From Octopus vulgaris (lineage: Eukaryota): a stretch of 64,000 nt of DNA. Within the stretch, counting starts at the first letter, position 1, and each line of letters begins with the position of its first letter. The notes beneath the pieces were generated by a model. The model was not told where the DNA came from, made no database searches, and was given only the letters and a program-made list of their open reading frames with translations. The translations under genes and the position numbers were made by a program. Where the stretch lies: the NCBI GenBank assembly GCA_951406725.2, contig OX597840.1, forward strand, positions 21,266,001-21,330,000. The letters run 5' to 3'. This document shows, piece by piece, positions 38,004 through 52,429 of the stretch.

Positions 38004-39423
38004 ATGCCTTAGAGGGTAACTTTCTAGGTGCAATCTCATGGTCACTCATGACTGAAGGGTGTCTTTACCCTATATTCACCAACAAACACAAAGGGGAGTC
38101 ATTTTTAATTAACCAAACAATATTTAATCTTGTTCTGTACAAAACTATGGATTATCAAGGTCAGAATCCATGTTAAATCGATGACTTCAACCACAAAGTC
38201 TTGCTTCACAATTACTTGTTCACAACAATACAAACTGTATCTGTCTATCAATAACACTCTACAGGTTACGTTTTTATACCTACATATTACTTTGTTAGTT
38301 GCCACACACACACACACACACACACTGAGTTTATTACCTGTTAGAGACAATGCTTACCAAATTTTTCTTTAGTATTTTAGTTACTACAAAGGTGGCCAGT
38401 TACAACAAACACAAACACACATATATATACATACATATATATATGTATGCATACATGTATGCGTGTCTTTTGTTTTGTTGTTGTGAATGTATAATTTTTA
38501 TAATTATGTTATTTTCTCATGTCCCTTCTTTTTATTGTCTTGTAGGTCTGCTAGTTATTCCCAGTGGCTTTTAGCCACTGGCGCCACCAAAAACGAACCA
38601 TATCAATGTTAAAGGTGCAAAATTTTGAGGGTCTCATGGACATTGGCTATGAATCTTCTGTTTGTTATGTTTTCGTCAAATTTTCCGTGTGCTGAGCTTT
38701 CATCAAACTTTTGAAATATCATCATCATCATCATCGTTTAACGTCCGTTCTCCATGCTAGCATGGGTTGGACGGTTCGACCGGGGATCTGGGAAGCCAGA
38801 AGGCTGCACCAAGGCTCCAGTCTAATCTGGCAATGTTTCTACAGCTGGATGCCCTTCCTAACGCCAACCACTCCGTGAGTGTAGTGGGTGCTTTTTACGT
38901 GCCACCTGCACAGGTGCCAAGCGAGGCTGGCAACGGCCACGGTTGGATTGGTGTATTTTATGTGCCACCGGCACGGAAGCCAGCCGAGGCGGTGCTGGCT
39001 TCGGCCACATATTCTTTTATTTGTTTCAGTCATTTGACTGCGGCCATGCTGGAGCACTGCCTTTAGTCGAACAAACCGACCCCAGGACTGATTCTTTGTA
39101 AGCCTAGCACTTACTCTATCAGTTTCTTTTGCTGAACTGCTAAGTTACGGGGACATAAAGGCACCAGCAACACTTGCCAAGTGATGAGGGGGGGATACAC
39201 AAACAGAGACACAGAAACACACACACATATATGATGGGCTTCTTTCAGTTTCCGTCTACCAAATCCATCCACAAAGCTTTGGTCAGCCAGAGGCTATAGT
39301 AGAAGACACTTGACCAAGGTGCCAATGGAACTGAACCCAGAATGTGGTTGGTAAGCAAGCTACTTACCACACAGCCACTCCTGCACCTACAAAATATATA
39401 TGTATGTATTTATATATACATAC

Positions 39424-39462
<39 letters not shown>

Positions 39463-39476
39463 TTATATATACATAC

Positions 39477-39522
<46 letters not shown>

Positions 39523-40579
39523 TGACAGGCTTCTTTTGGTTTCTGCCTACCAAATCCACTCATAAGGTCCATGTTACCATGCAGTGGGACTAAACCTGCT
39601 GAGCCATGTGGTGGTAAAGCAAATTTCTTACCACATGGCCAAGCCACATATCGGCTTAGCAATATTTTCTTCTGGTTTTATGATCTGGGTTCAAATTCTG
39701 CCAAGGTTAACGTTGCATTTCATCCTTTTGGGGTTGATGAAATGAGAACCAGTCAAGCACTGCGGCTAATGTAATCGATTACCCCACCCCCCAAAAAAAA
39801 TTTCAGGCCTTAAAAGAATTATTATTATTATTATTATTATTATTAAGGAAGTGGTTCTGGCAGAATTGTAAGCAGCATTTTGTCTGTCCATACATTCTGA
39901 GTTCAAATTCTGCCAAGGTCAACTCTGCCTTTCATCCTTTTAGGGTTGATAAGTACCAGCTTTGCACTGGGGTCAATGTAATCAACTAACCCCAAATTTC
40001 AGGCCTTGCACCCTTAGTAGAAAGTATCATTATTATTATTATTATCATTGTTACTAAGGTACTGAGCTGGTAGTTTTGTAAAAACATTGGACAAAATACC
40101 TGGTGGTATTTTATTCTGATCCATTACATTCTGAGTTCAAATTCCATCAAGGCTGACTTTGCCTTTCCTCCTTTTTGGGGTGGGGTGGGGGAGCCATAGA
40201 ATAAGAACTAGTTCGAACATTGCTGTTGATGTAACCACTACTCCCCCCTGCCCCCCCTGCCCAAATTGCTGTCCTTGGGCCAAAATTCAAAACCATAATT
40301 GTAAAATTCCTGATACTGCTTCGTTATTGGTATTGCCTTATTAATTATTTGTGCATGTAATAGACACACACAAATATATATATACATATACACAGACATG
40401 TAGTTCTTTTTATTAGTTTCAGTGACAGGAAGCTGGCCATGCTGGGGCACACAACCTTCAAGGATACAAAACAATTACACAAACTCAAAGTACATGTAGA
40501 CTGGTCTATATTTTATCAGCCTTGGAAAGAAACCAGACACTCTTGTGGTGGAGCCATTCATCCACCATGCGTACATGTG

Positions 40580-40623
<44 letters not shown>

Positions 40624-41271
40624 GGGAGAGAGAGGGAGGGAGGGAGAAATAAAAACACACACAAGTACAGACTATTATCTATAAATATAAATGAATCTGG
40701 AGAAGAAGTGAAAGGGGGGGGGGGGTAAATGTTTAATAATAAACAATGACAAATGCAACGTCATAAAATATGTACAGAAACACACACACGTTTATACATA
40801 GGTACACAAACATTTGTATACACACACACACATATATATAGACACGCACACACATGTATATACACACACACATACATGTATATACACACACACATACATG
40901 TATATACACATACAGATATATACATATACACACACATACATGTATATACACATACAGATATACACACACACATATATATAGACACGCACACACATGTATA
41001 TACACACACACATACATGTATATACACATACAGATATATACATATACACACACATACATGTATATACACATACAGATATACACACACACACACATATATA
41101 TACATACATACATACATACAGATATACATATACACACACACATGTATATACACAGATATACATATGTATGCACACACACACATACAAACATGTATATACA
41201 CATACATACATATATATATATATATACATAAATAAATATATATCTATATACACACACGTGCATGCACACAG

Positions 41272-41309
<38 letters not shown>

Positions 41310-41927
41310 AGACACACACACACACACACACACACATACAGATACGCACAAACACACGTACATACACACACACACATCAATGTATATTAAAAGTACAGTT
41401 TATTTTAATCAGGCTTCCTAAATAACCGTTGAGCTCGTCAACTGTTTCCAAACCATTGATGGAGCTAACAGCTGCTACAATGTCAGGCAAAATGGCACAT
41501 TCCCACTTTTATGCTTTCACACTCGTCTATAACACTATACACTTGTAAAAGTGATTCTCACACCAGCACTTTAGCAAGTGCAGCAAAGTGTAAGCCTAGC
41601 TAAGGAGGTCTAACAACACTGAAACATCTCTGGTATTGTCTCCCCTTCTTGCTGAAATTATTAAAACGATATTAGTCATTGAGTTAATAACTCAGTGCAC
41701 AAATTTTCTTTTTTTATAATTATATTATTTAATAATCTTTGCATTGCTAATTAGATATTTACTGTTCTTTGCATCACAAATCATCATCGTTAGCACTAAA
41801 TTAAATAGCATTTTTCATATTGATGACATTTCAGTTATTTATTCCATGTAACTCCAGGGTGCCGGCAAGGCCAAGTGGTTAAGAAATTTAGCTCCCAACT
41901 ACAAGGTTTCAGGTTCAGTCCCACTGT

Positions 41928-42190
41928 GTGGAATCAATGTATATTCTACGTGGTAGTGAGACGTGGGCCCTGAATGCAGAGGAAATGCAAGAGTTAGAAA
42001 GGAACGGGGCTGGTATGATCCGCTGGATGCGTAATGTAAGCGTACATGTTCAACAGAGGGTTAGTGTTCTGAGAGAGAAGTTAGGCATAAGAGGAAACGG
42101 TTGCTGTGTGCAAGAGAGAAAGGACCGCACTGGTTTGGTCATGGGATGCGGATGGATGCTGACAGCTCCATAGAGAAGTGTGGTGTAAAG
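41928..42190 (+). mobile_element. RTE-clade LINE fragment
   Basis: ILRGSETWALNAEEMQELERNGAGMIRWMRNVSV...LREKLGIRG, then frameshifted HWFGH; typical RTE YGSETW...RWFGH region. Confidence 0.75.
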
Positions 42191-43684
42191 GGTCAGGGTT
42201 AGTGCCTTTGCACTGTATGGATGGTGGGAACTGAAGTTGAAGCATCGTTGAAACGTTGTGTTAACAACAAACAAGATGAGGACAAATATCTGTTGAATGT
42301 AAATAATGTAGAATTAAGAATTGTTTGACTGAAACCGTTCGAGGTGTTGCCCCAGTATGGCCAAAGCTGAATGACTGAAACAAGTAAAAGATAAGACACA
42401 CAACCACTTCCCTCCTTCCAAACATTCTCCCCGAAACCCCGTCCCTTGTGCATGTCAGTGCAACATTAGTTTGCATGAAACCAAATATGTCCCACATATT
42501 TGCAATTCTCTTTTATGATTCACGAAAAGGAAAAGCTGGAAGGGAGAGATTCTGACACCACACCCACAGAAGAACAGCTTCCATTCCTTCTTCTCGTTTT
42601 TTTGACAGTCGAAAGAGTCTGTAGGCTTCTTCATGTTATTCCTTTCGATGCCAATCTGCCTGGGACCACCCCTGCTTTTATGATAAAAAAAAACTTCCTG
42701 TTCAACCGACCTGAATTAAAAACTTTGCATCAGAATCAAAAGACGGGATTATTCTTGGAACACCAGTGTAACAATGGCAAAATTCCTTGGCTAAATTCTT
42801 CATTATTTTCAAAGATTGAAATAAAAGCATGGATTTCCAACAGAAACATTCTCTTTTATCTTTTACTGGCTACAGCCATGCTGGAGCACTACCTTGAAGA
42901 ATTTTTAGTGGAATTAAGTGACACTAATATATATTTCTTAAAGCTTGGTGCTTATTCTATTGGTCTCTATAGCTGAACAGCTAAGTTACAGGGATGTAAA
43001 CACACCAACACTGGTGGACACACAGACACACACACACATAGAACGGGCTTCTTTCAACGAAATCCACTCACAAGTATTTGGTTGTCCCAAATCTTTAGTA
43101 GAAAACACTTGCCCAAAGTGCCATGCAGTGGGGCTGAACCTGGAGCCTTGTGGTTGGGAAGCAAGCTTCATACCACACAGCCACACCTGATATATATTCT
43201 ATCAACCTTATATTACTTAAAGGAAGGGCACCCAGCTGTAGAAAACCTACCAGATCAGATTGGAGGACCAGGTGCAGCCTCCTGGCTTCCTAGACCCCAG
43301 TCGAACCATCCAACCCATGCCTGTATGGAAAACTGACGTTAAACGATGATGATGATGATGATGTATATGTACACACTTACATCTATAGGTATATATACAT
43401 GCATATATGGGTACAGGACGTCATGAAACATGTACAACAAAAAATACGAAGTACGAATACATGGAATATGAACTATTTTTTCGAACAATGAAAGACACAA
43501 ATGGAGAACAAGACAAACAACAGAAAGAACGACCCTTCATCAGTTGTTGGCTGTTTTTCTACTTTCATATTTTGAGCATTATATATATATAAAGATATTG
43601 TCAATAATAAAAGGGCAAAATTAATTAATTATTAATTAATAATTTTACCAAGTAGTGTTCAGTATGTAAAAAGACCATTTACGG

Positions 43685-43969
43685 TATATTTAAAATATTA
43701 CGTTATATAATTAGGGTTCAGTAAAAATAATTTACTTTACCACACACCGAACTTTTAGAAATAGCAGCCAAAAAATCTTAGCTATTTTCTCTACTATAAG
43801 AAAAGTCTCCCAGACAATGAATTGTTTTTGAGTATACATTGTCTGGGAGACTCTTCTTATAGTAGAGGAAATAGCTAAATTCTTTGGCTGCTATTTCTAA
43901 AAGTTTGGTGTGTGGTAAAGTAAATTTTTTTACTGAACCCTAATTATATAACGTAATGTTTTAAATATA
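43685..43969. repeat. long foldback inverted repeat (~133-bp arms, 17-nt loop)
   Basis: 43685-43819 is the near reverse complement of 43837-43969 (e.g. gtctcccagacaatg / cattgtctgggagac; ttatataattagggttcagtaaaaa / tttttactgaaccctaattatataa). Confidence 0.9.
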
Positions 43970-45442
43970 TAAAGATATATATATATGTATATATATCAAA
44001 AATGAGTTTAAAAGGATATATTATTCTTGAAGTTATACTATTGTCTCTCAAGTCAGTTTCAGAGGCTGGCTAACCACGACAATCCGTATGTAGTACCCAA
44101 GCTAGCAACAAGTTGCTAGGCCCTGGCATTTCAACCAAACACACACACACACACACAATCAAACCAAGAGAAACAGTCTATTGAGCAAGGTATCTTCTTA
44201 AAAAGGCACCTGAAGAGATGCACCATACCCAGCTGTATGGGATCTCACCCACAAGGGACCCATACAAGAGGGGTCAAAATGACCATTGTAATAAAGATTT
44301 TCATTAATTTCATTTTATTTCTCTCATTTGTTATATATAAATATATATACATTTGTTATATATATACAAATATATACGTGTGTGCATACATATAAATTTA
44401 AAAACTTTATTCAGTTTTTATATTTTATTTTTGTTTTAAAGTCTCCTTTCTGCCCATGACCAGCCACACAAACCAATCCAACATCCAAGCAACACCATAA
44501 TCAGTATACACCTGTGCACCAAACGGGTGTGTTGCTCACCTACACACACACACACACACACAAAAATAAAAAAACAAAGACCTAACTATAAAGGTGACGT
44601 CATAGCACGAACCCAGACTGACACATCTGTAGATACAATAACAAAAGGTCACTGCAATATACACACGTATACAGGTATACAGACAGCATGTATACACACC
44701 TGTGGAGGTCAACACAACACACCTGAACTATACCAATCACTTTAACAGACACCCAGAAATGCAAAGCAATTACACATATTACCTGTAGATCACTACATCA
44801 CGCACACCCAGATACACACACACACACAGAAGTAGCTTTCATGATAAGAGAAAGCAAGTCACCTCACACACATCACAGTTCTCTTTCTCTTCCTCCAACA
44901 CAAAGAGTTCTGCCGGCTGTGACACACACACACACACCACACTCTTACATACAGGGAGTTATAATGAAGCAGGTGCGCACACACCTGATTTGCAGGGAGA
45001 GAGGACAGGTACCTCAGCTGAGAGCTTTAATGTGAAATGCTGAGAATGTCACCAATGTCAATCATCTAAAAACAGGTGTCAAAACTAAACCAACAAATGT
45101 CTTTATCATTATTTTTTTCTCTGATTGTCTTCTTTTCTTCTTTTCACTCCCTGACCAACCTCATCCGCAAAGACACCCAAACACTCCTTTATAGATCCTG
45201 GGCTAAAATTTTTAAAAAACACCATCTGAATTGAAGTCTCAATAAGTCCATATCTTTCGGGTTTTTTCTTTTTTTTTACTAGCTTCAGTCGCCCTGTAGC
45301 CAGTGGCCATGCTGGGGCAACACATTGAAAAGTTCAGCCCAGAATCACAGGGCTAAACTCTTGAGATTGGTACCCCAACATGGTCGCTGTCCGAAGGCCA
45401 AAACCAATGGAGAAGACAAAAGGAAAAAGAAAAGAAAAAAAA

Positions 45443-45832
45443 CAGGAGTGGCCGTGTGGTAAGTAGCTTGCTTACCAACCACATGGTTCCGGGTTCAGTC
45501 CCACTGCGTGGCATCTTGGGCAAGTGTCTTCTGCTATAGCCCCGGGCCGACCAATGCCTTGTGAGTGGATTTGGTAGACGGAAATTGAAAGAAGCCTGTC
45601 GTATATATGTATATATATATATGTGTGTGTGTGTGTTTGTGTTTGTCCCCCTAGCATTGCTTGACAACCGATGCTGGTGTGTTTACGTCCCCGTCACTTA
45701 GCGGTTCGGCAAAACAGACCGATAGAATAAGTACTGGGCTTACAAAGAACAAGTCCCGGGGTCGATTTGCTCGACTGGAGGCGGTGCTCCAGCATGGCCG
45801 CAGTCAAATAACTGAAACAAGTAAAAGAGTAA
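45443..45832 (+). mobile_element. SINE family A copy
   Basis: Full consensus. Confidence 0.85.
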
Positions 45833-46207
45833 AAAAAGCGAGTAACACTGAACTAAAAATAGCAGAATGATTTAATTGTCTTTTTTTAAAATCTTTTACT
45901 TCCAAAGTGAAGACAGATGTAGGAAACAATGCTGAAGCACATATTTTTTAGCTTGGTTGTCTTACGAACACTGGTCTCTAGTCAACCGTAAAATAGGACA
46001 GACATCTATTTATAAAGAAATGACAAGTCAAATTCGTCATACATCTGGGTGTGTGGTTAAGCAGCTCACTTTGCAATCATGTGGTTAGGGGTTTCCGATA
46101 ACAATGAACCACCTTGGGCAAGTGTCAACTACTGTGGCCCCGGAGCTATTCAAAGCCTCGTAAGTGAATTTAGTAAACAGAAACTGTGTGGAGCATATCA
46201 TATATAT

Positions 46208-46305
46208 GACCTCGGCGGAATTTGAACTCAGAACGTAGCGGCAAACGAAATGCATAGCCGTATTTCGTTTGCCGCTACGTTCTGAGTTCAAATTCCGCCG
46301 AGGTC
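46208..46305. repeat. perfect 44-bp inverted repeat formed by a SINE foldback
   Basis: gacctcggcggaatttgaactcagaacgtagcggcaaacgaaat (46208-46251) and its exact reverse complement (46262-46305), 10-nt loop. Confidence 0.9.
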
Positions 46306-46573
46306 GACTTTGCCTTTCATCCTTTTGGGGTCGATAAATTAAGTACCAGTTTCGCACTGGGGTCGATATAATCGACTTCATCCATTTGTCTGTCCTTGTA
46401 TGTCCTCTCTTGTGGGTAGTAAAGAAATATATATATATTGGAAGGTTTGGAGATGATGTACAGGTATTTTATATTAGAAGAAATGAGGTACTCAGAAATT
46501 CGGATGGTTTTATATTTACAGATACTTAATTGTTTATTACATGTTTTTATACATCATACATCATATAACATAT

Positions 46574-46612
46574 ATTAGCGCTTTCGTCCATTCTAGTGGA
46601 ATCTTCAAATTG
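46574..46612 (-). ncRNA. degenerate minimal hammerhead motif
   Basis: Minus strand: caat-TTGAAGA-tTCCA(ctagaa)TGGAc-GAAA-GCGC-TA-at. Palindromic AGCGCT stem III. The 10.1-11.1 pair is broken and stem I is only 2 bp. Confidence 0.45.
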
Positions 46613-46729
46613 AACTAAGTTCTTGGGGGAAATTTGACCATTTTTATAGTGTTATTGAGTGTGTAGTGGTGGGGAGAGATATAAGATAGTACAAGAGGGT
46701 GATGAATGGGGAGTAAGTGAGAGGGAGCA

Positions 46730-46773
<44 letters not shown>

Positions 46774-48305
46774 CATGCGCACACACAAATTAGTCTGTGT
46801 GTCCTTGTGTTTGTTACCTCTCACCACTTAACAACCAGTGTTGGTCTGTTTACATCCCTATAACTTAGTAGTTCAGCAAAAGGGACTGGTAGAATACCAG
46901 CCTTTAAAAAAAAAAAAAAACGAGCTGGGATTGATTTGCTTGTCTAAATCCTCGAAGGTGGTGCTCCAGTATGGCCTTAGTCCCATAACTGAAACAAGTA
47001 AAAGCTAAAATATACATATGTGTGTGTGTGTGTATAATCATACTCGTTTCAGTCACTGGTCTGTGGCCATGCTGGGGCACCGCCTTTAAGAATTTTTAGT
47101 CGAATGAATCGATCCCAGAACTTATTTTTTCTTAGCTTGGTACTTCTTCTATCAGTCTTTTAGGCTGAACCACCAAGTCACAGGGACATAAACACACCAA
47201 CACTGGTTGTCAAGCAGTGGTGGGGAACGAAAACAGACACAAAACACACACATATATCACAATGGGCTTCTTTCAGTTTCCATCTCCCAAATCCATTGAC
47301 AATACTTTGGTCAGCCTGAGGCTAGAGGACACTTGTCCAAGATGCCATGCAGTGGGACTGAACCCGGAACCATGTGGTTGTGAAGCAAGCTTTTTATCAC
47401 ACAGCCGCACCTAAGAACTTATTTTGCAATATGTTGCAGCTTGTCTAACAGAGACGAGAGAATATGGCAGCAGCAAAGAGCTGCAGCTGAGTCCTTCTAA
47501 GTTGGTAGCCTGGCATTTTAATTATCCTTGCAAGCTAGCTACCAGTTCTTACAACTGTCTCATAACAATAACAATAATAATAACAATAATAATGACAATG
47601 ACGATGATGATGATGATGACTAGAGTAATTTGTACTCGGAATTATTGATTGCTTCAACCTCTCATGGCAGTCTGTTGCCAAAAGAACAACCTGTCTGCCA
47701 CAAAAATTGCCCGGAAGCTTGCGACGAAAATTTACACGATCTCTCATTACGGGAAGAAAAAAAATTACTGACAAAATATTGCTTTCATGTTACATCATAG
47801 AGAGCCAAGTGTAATTGATTAAGATAAGCCACAAAGAGATGTTTTGAAGGAGGGTGGGGGGTGTAGTCAATTAAGTAAACCTCATTACATGACTGGTACT
47901 TAGTTCATTGACCCTGTCCCCTCCCCTGGCCTCATGGTTGAGGCGCTGCACTCACAATCACAACATCATGGAGTTGATTCTTGGATTGCGTGGTGCATTG
48001 AGTTCTTGAGCAATACCCTTCATTTCATGTTGCTCCAGTCCACTCAATGAGTAACTTTGTAATGCACTGGGGTCCTCTTTAGAGGGCAGGGTTGCTGTGA
48101 TCCCAGCCACATACGTTGTGGAAACCTCACACGGAACCAACTGACAGGGGACTATGAGTGAGATGGTAGGAAGACAACCATAGTCTCAGTTGGTAACACT
48201 TGGGGATCCAGCCAGAAAGTTTAATGATGGTTGCTTCTGTGGAAGGAGTGCTTGAGGACTCTACCCTCACAAGCCCCCCAGAAAAAGTGAGTAGAGAAAA
48301 TGAAT

Positions 48306-48415
48306 GGATAATCCAAAAAATGTTTACATAGATGCATAATCCAAAAAACGCCCACATGGCTGGATAATCCAAAAAATGTTTGCATGGCTAGATAATCCAA
48401 AAAACGTTTATGTAT
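48306..48415. repeat. 28-bp tandem repeat x ~4
   Basis: ggataatccaaaaaaYg... units at 48306, 48334, 48362 and 48390. Confidence 0.8.
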
Positions 48416-49553
48416 TGGGTTTGGAGTGAATTTTTGAGACATTTTGCAGAAAAGAAAAGCATATAATATGGAATTAAATACAATAGTTTGTAAAATATTC
48501 AACCAAAGGGGTCACCAGAACCTCTCTAGGGTGCAATATCAACACTTTAAACCCCATTAAAACACAACGACCTAGCAAAAAAGAAAAGCAAAAACCTTGT
48601 GATTATAGTTGTTCACATACAGATCGGCTGTGATTGAAGTAAACTTGCAAACAAAGACATTCCATCCATAACCATCCTGTCTTTCATTTTAGGTATTGTA
48701 GGATTAACTCATTAGCATCCAGATTAACCAGTTGAATGCAATGCTTATTTATTAACATTGTTTTGAACTAATCATACATTAATCTCGTAGCTTTGAGAGT
48801 TCAACGATGCAACTGTATATTTTTTGAATTACATTCTAAGGAAGGTGTGAGAGCTCAAATCTGGCCAGTTTGGACATAAAACAGGGCTGGACACAGCCAG
48901 TTTAAATGCTAAAGGCTTCAATATTTCTGAAGTAACATTTCCAATACCTTAGCTATTGTTATTATTGAAGATTAAGACCCCAACTACAACATTGCTATCA
49001 TCTTCTAAAACACGGTCTTCTATTCTGGGTCAATGGACTTTTCTTCTCATTTTGTTAAACCAATCAGAAGGAGAAGTGGCTGCTGTTTCTAAGTGAGTCA
49101 AGTGACCAGGAAAAGACTTCCTGGCTGGCTTTTCCAGAATAACAGTGCCATGGTTTGCTGTTTTTTATCGTACAGAGAGCAGGATGGGAGAATAAATAGA
49201 TTCAATTCTGAGGGAGAGGGGGAGGGAAGGAGAGAGGGAGGGAGGGAGGGGGAGTTCATTATGACCATTAGTTTTATAAGAGCCTCATTAAAATATCTAA
49301 TGATTACGCATTCTACAACGACTCCCCCACTCCAACATACGCACGTCACCATATGAGTTTATACTTGGTGACTGGCTCTTTCACTCTGCCTCATACATAC
49401 AATACATATATATATAAATACATATATATATATATATATATACATACATACACATACTTATATATATATACACTCAGACACACACACACACATATATATA
49501 TACATATACATACACACATATATATATATACATAGATATATATATACACACAA

Positions 49554-49602
<49 letters not shown>

Positions 49603-49686
49603 TACAGGTATATGCATATATATAAAAAAACACATATCCCCATACACACCCATGTGTGTATATATTTATACACATATGCATATATA

Positions 49687-49725
<39 letters not shown>

Positions 49726-50157
49726 AGTCAGGCTCCACTCAGCCATCGAAGCCTCCAGCCAGAAACCGTTTTCTACAATTCCTGTCAAAACAATATATTA
49801 AAACGAGCAGCAGAGTAGCAACGTATAAATTATGCAAAAGAAAGAATATTTCATTAAGGCCATCGACTTTGAAATTATGTTTTTTTACCATTGATAAAGC
49901 TTTGGCATGCTGCCATCTTTTGCCAAACCATTAACATTAACACTGAGCACCATGAACGCTGGAATATGTCAATGGTTCATTTTGTTGTGTGTGTGTGGTT
50001 TTATTTTTCCTTTTATATATCATATAGATCTTCAAACATTACTAAACAAGACATTATAGCAATGTTGATCTTTATTATCAAAGTTTACATCTGTGTGACA
50101 TTGTAAAACATCTCTAAAAAGCTTAGGACAAAACAGAAATTATTATTATTATGAGTG

Positions 50158-50545
50158 GAGGTGCAATGGCCCAGTGGTTAGGGCAGCGGACTCGCGGTCA
50201 TAGGATCACGGTTTCGATTCCCAGACCGGGCGTTGTGAGTGTTTATTGAGCGAAAACACCTAAAGCTCCACGGGGCTCCGGCAGGGGGTGGTGGCGATCC
50301 CTGCTGTACTCTTTCGCCACAACTTTCTCTCACTCTTACTTCCTGTTTCCGTTGTACCTGTATTTCAAAGGGCCGGCCTTGTCATTCTCTGTGTCACGCT
50401 GAATATCCCCGAGAACTACGTTAAGGGTACACGTGTCTGTGGAGTGCTCAGCCACTTACACGTTAATTTCACGAGCAGGCTGTTCTGTTGATTCGGATCA
50501 ACCGGAACCCTCGTCGTCGTAACCGATGGAGTGCTTCCATCCATA
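50158..50545 (+). mobile_element. tRNA-derived SINE family D
   Basis: Head tggcccagtggttagggcagcggactcgcgg...gtttcgattccc (A box, B box) followed by a ~300-bp body; inserted in (ATT)n. No complete tRNA acceptor stem. Confidence 0.7.
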
Positions 50546-52116
50546 TTATTATCATTATTATTATTATTATAAACTTTTGGATTATTAAAATCATATTTAA
50601 AGGATTAAACACATTTTAAATGGTTTTACAATCAACATTAGACTCTATTGTGGTTTTGGACTTGGCCTCATTACATGGCATTGTGGGTAAGCGCTGTCTT
50701 CTACTTTAGCTCCAGACTGACCAAAGCCTTGCAAGTACTCAACTGGTACCTGTTTCACTGACCCCCCAAAAGTATGATAGGCAAAGTCGATCTTGCTGGA
50801 ATTTGAACTCAGAACATAAAGCTGGAAAAAATCCTGCCGGCCAGGCGTGGCTGTGTGGTAAAAACGTTTGCTTCCCAACCACATGGTTCCAGCAGGTTCC
50901 AATCCCACTGCATGGTACCTTGGGCTGACCAAAGCCTTGTGAGTGGATTTGGTAAATGGAAACTGAAAGGAACCGGTCATAAATATATATATATAGGATT
51001 GTTAGTGTGTTCATCTCTCGACATCATGTGACAGTTGTGAAATTGTAAACGAGTGTCACTGTTATGCAAGCAGTGTCGTTCATTTCCAATATTCTGTGAA
51101 AACACATCTGACCATGGGGAAAATATTACATTCTTTAGAACCAAATGAGGGTTAACAACAAGAAGGGCATCCAACCATATAACATCTTGCTCAATACATC
51201 ATGAAAGCAAGGAAGAGTGTCAGTGATGATGATGATGATGACAGGTGTAGTTAGACAGGTATTATCTCTGATCATCAGGTGTCAAATTCTGAATTAGATT
51301 CAAACTAGAAACTTAACTAAAAGCCAGTAACACTTGTCATCTATTAACTCTTTCATAATTTCCAAAATTAACTGAAATAAAGCCAGTGGAATTCAACAGA
51401 ACGATGGCAGCAAAAAAAAGTTAAAAGTGATAAATTAAAACCTTTCATTAAAAACTTTGTGTTAATTTATGCTCCAAACACCAGCTTAATAATGATAAAG
51501 TTATTTCAATAAATTCTTCATTAATTTCAAAATTGCAACAAAAAGCCAGTGCGTTTCAACAGAGATGTGATACTAAATGGGTTAAATGGGTTAGTCACAA
51601 AGTGGAGCCACGAAGTATGGGAAATTTTCTGTTTTGTCTCCAAGATGGTTTTTCATTCAAACCCGAGTCTAACAGCCAGAGTGCTTCCATCCGGTTCAAA
51701 CCGACCAATCAGAGGCAGCAGCCAGGCAGTCTCTTATGCGGTCATTTAGTTTGCTAGAAACAGCAAGCTACAACAAGGAATCACACCCAAACTGTCTGAA
51801 AGGAGGAAGGATTCATTGGATGATACGATCCAGGATATACTAAGCCCCCCCCCACTGCTACCACTGGGCTGATTGTATCTGGACTGTGATTTGAACATTG
51901 GAACTGTTTCATTAAGGCTGGCCCCGTGGTGGGGTTTAATGGACTCTCTCACAATCATCTCCATGGAATGCTGGGTATGTTCTGTTCAAGCACCGACACG
52001 ACTGCTTTGTTGTTGCAGAAGACAAGGAGTGGCTCTCTCCGAGGAATCATGGCACTTGCAGACATTCTTACACTGTTCTCTGTTTTTCCCCAGACTCCAA
52101 TCAGAATAGTTTTCTA

Positions 52117-52410
52117 AAGTGCAGAGAAGCTGAGAGAGAGAGAAGGGGGGAGAGAGAGAGAGAGAGAGAGGAGAGAGAGGAGAGGAGAGAGAGAGAGAGG
52201 GAGAGAGAGGAGAGAGAGAAAGAGAGAGAGGAGTGAGGAAAAGAAAGAGAATGAAAGAGGCAAAATGAACAGAGAGAGAGGATGAGAAAGAGGTAGAAGG
52301 ATATGATGGAGGGAGGGAGGGAGAGAGAGAGAAATGGAGGTAAAAGGAACAGAAAAACGGAGGGAGAGAGGGGGGGGAGCAAAAAGAGAAAGAATGAACA
52401 AGGAAAGGAA
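52117..52410. repeat. polypurine (GA-rich) tract
   Basis: ~300 bp almost entirely A/G on the + strand; a similar tract lies at 30420-30700. Confidence 0.9.
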
Positions 52411-52429
52411 CATTTCCAACAATTAGTAG

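Noticed and set aside
42500-42976. 158-aa ORF
   Set aside because: Non-ATG start, runs into a SINE, no recognisable domain; the opposite strand may be a decayed LINE but evidence is too weak to call.
50158-50232. tRNA gene (also 56154-56225)
   Set aside because: A and B boxes are present, but there is no complete acceptor stem or terminator and both continue into SINE bodies.
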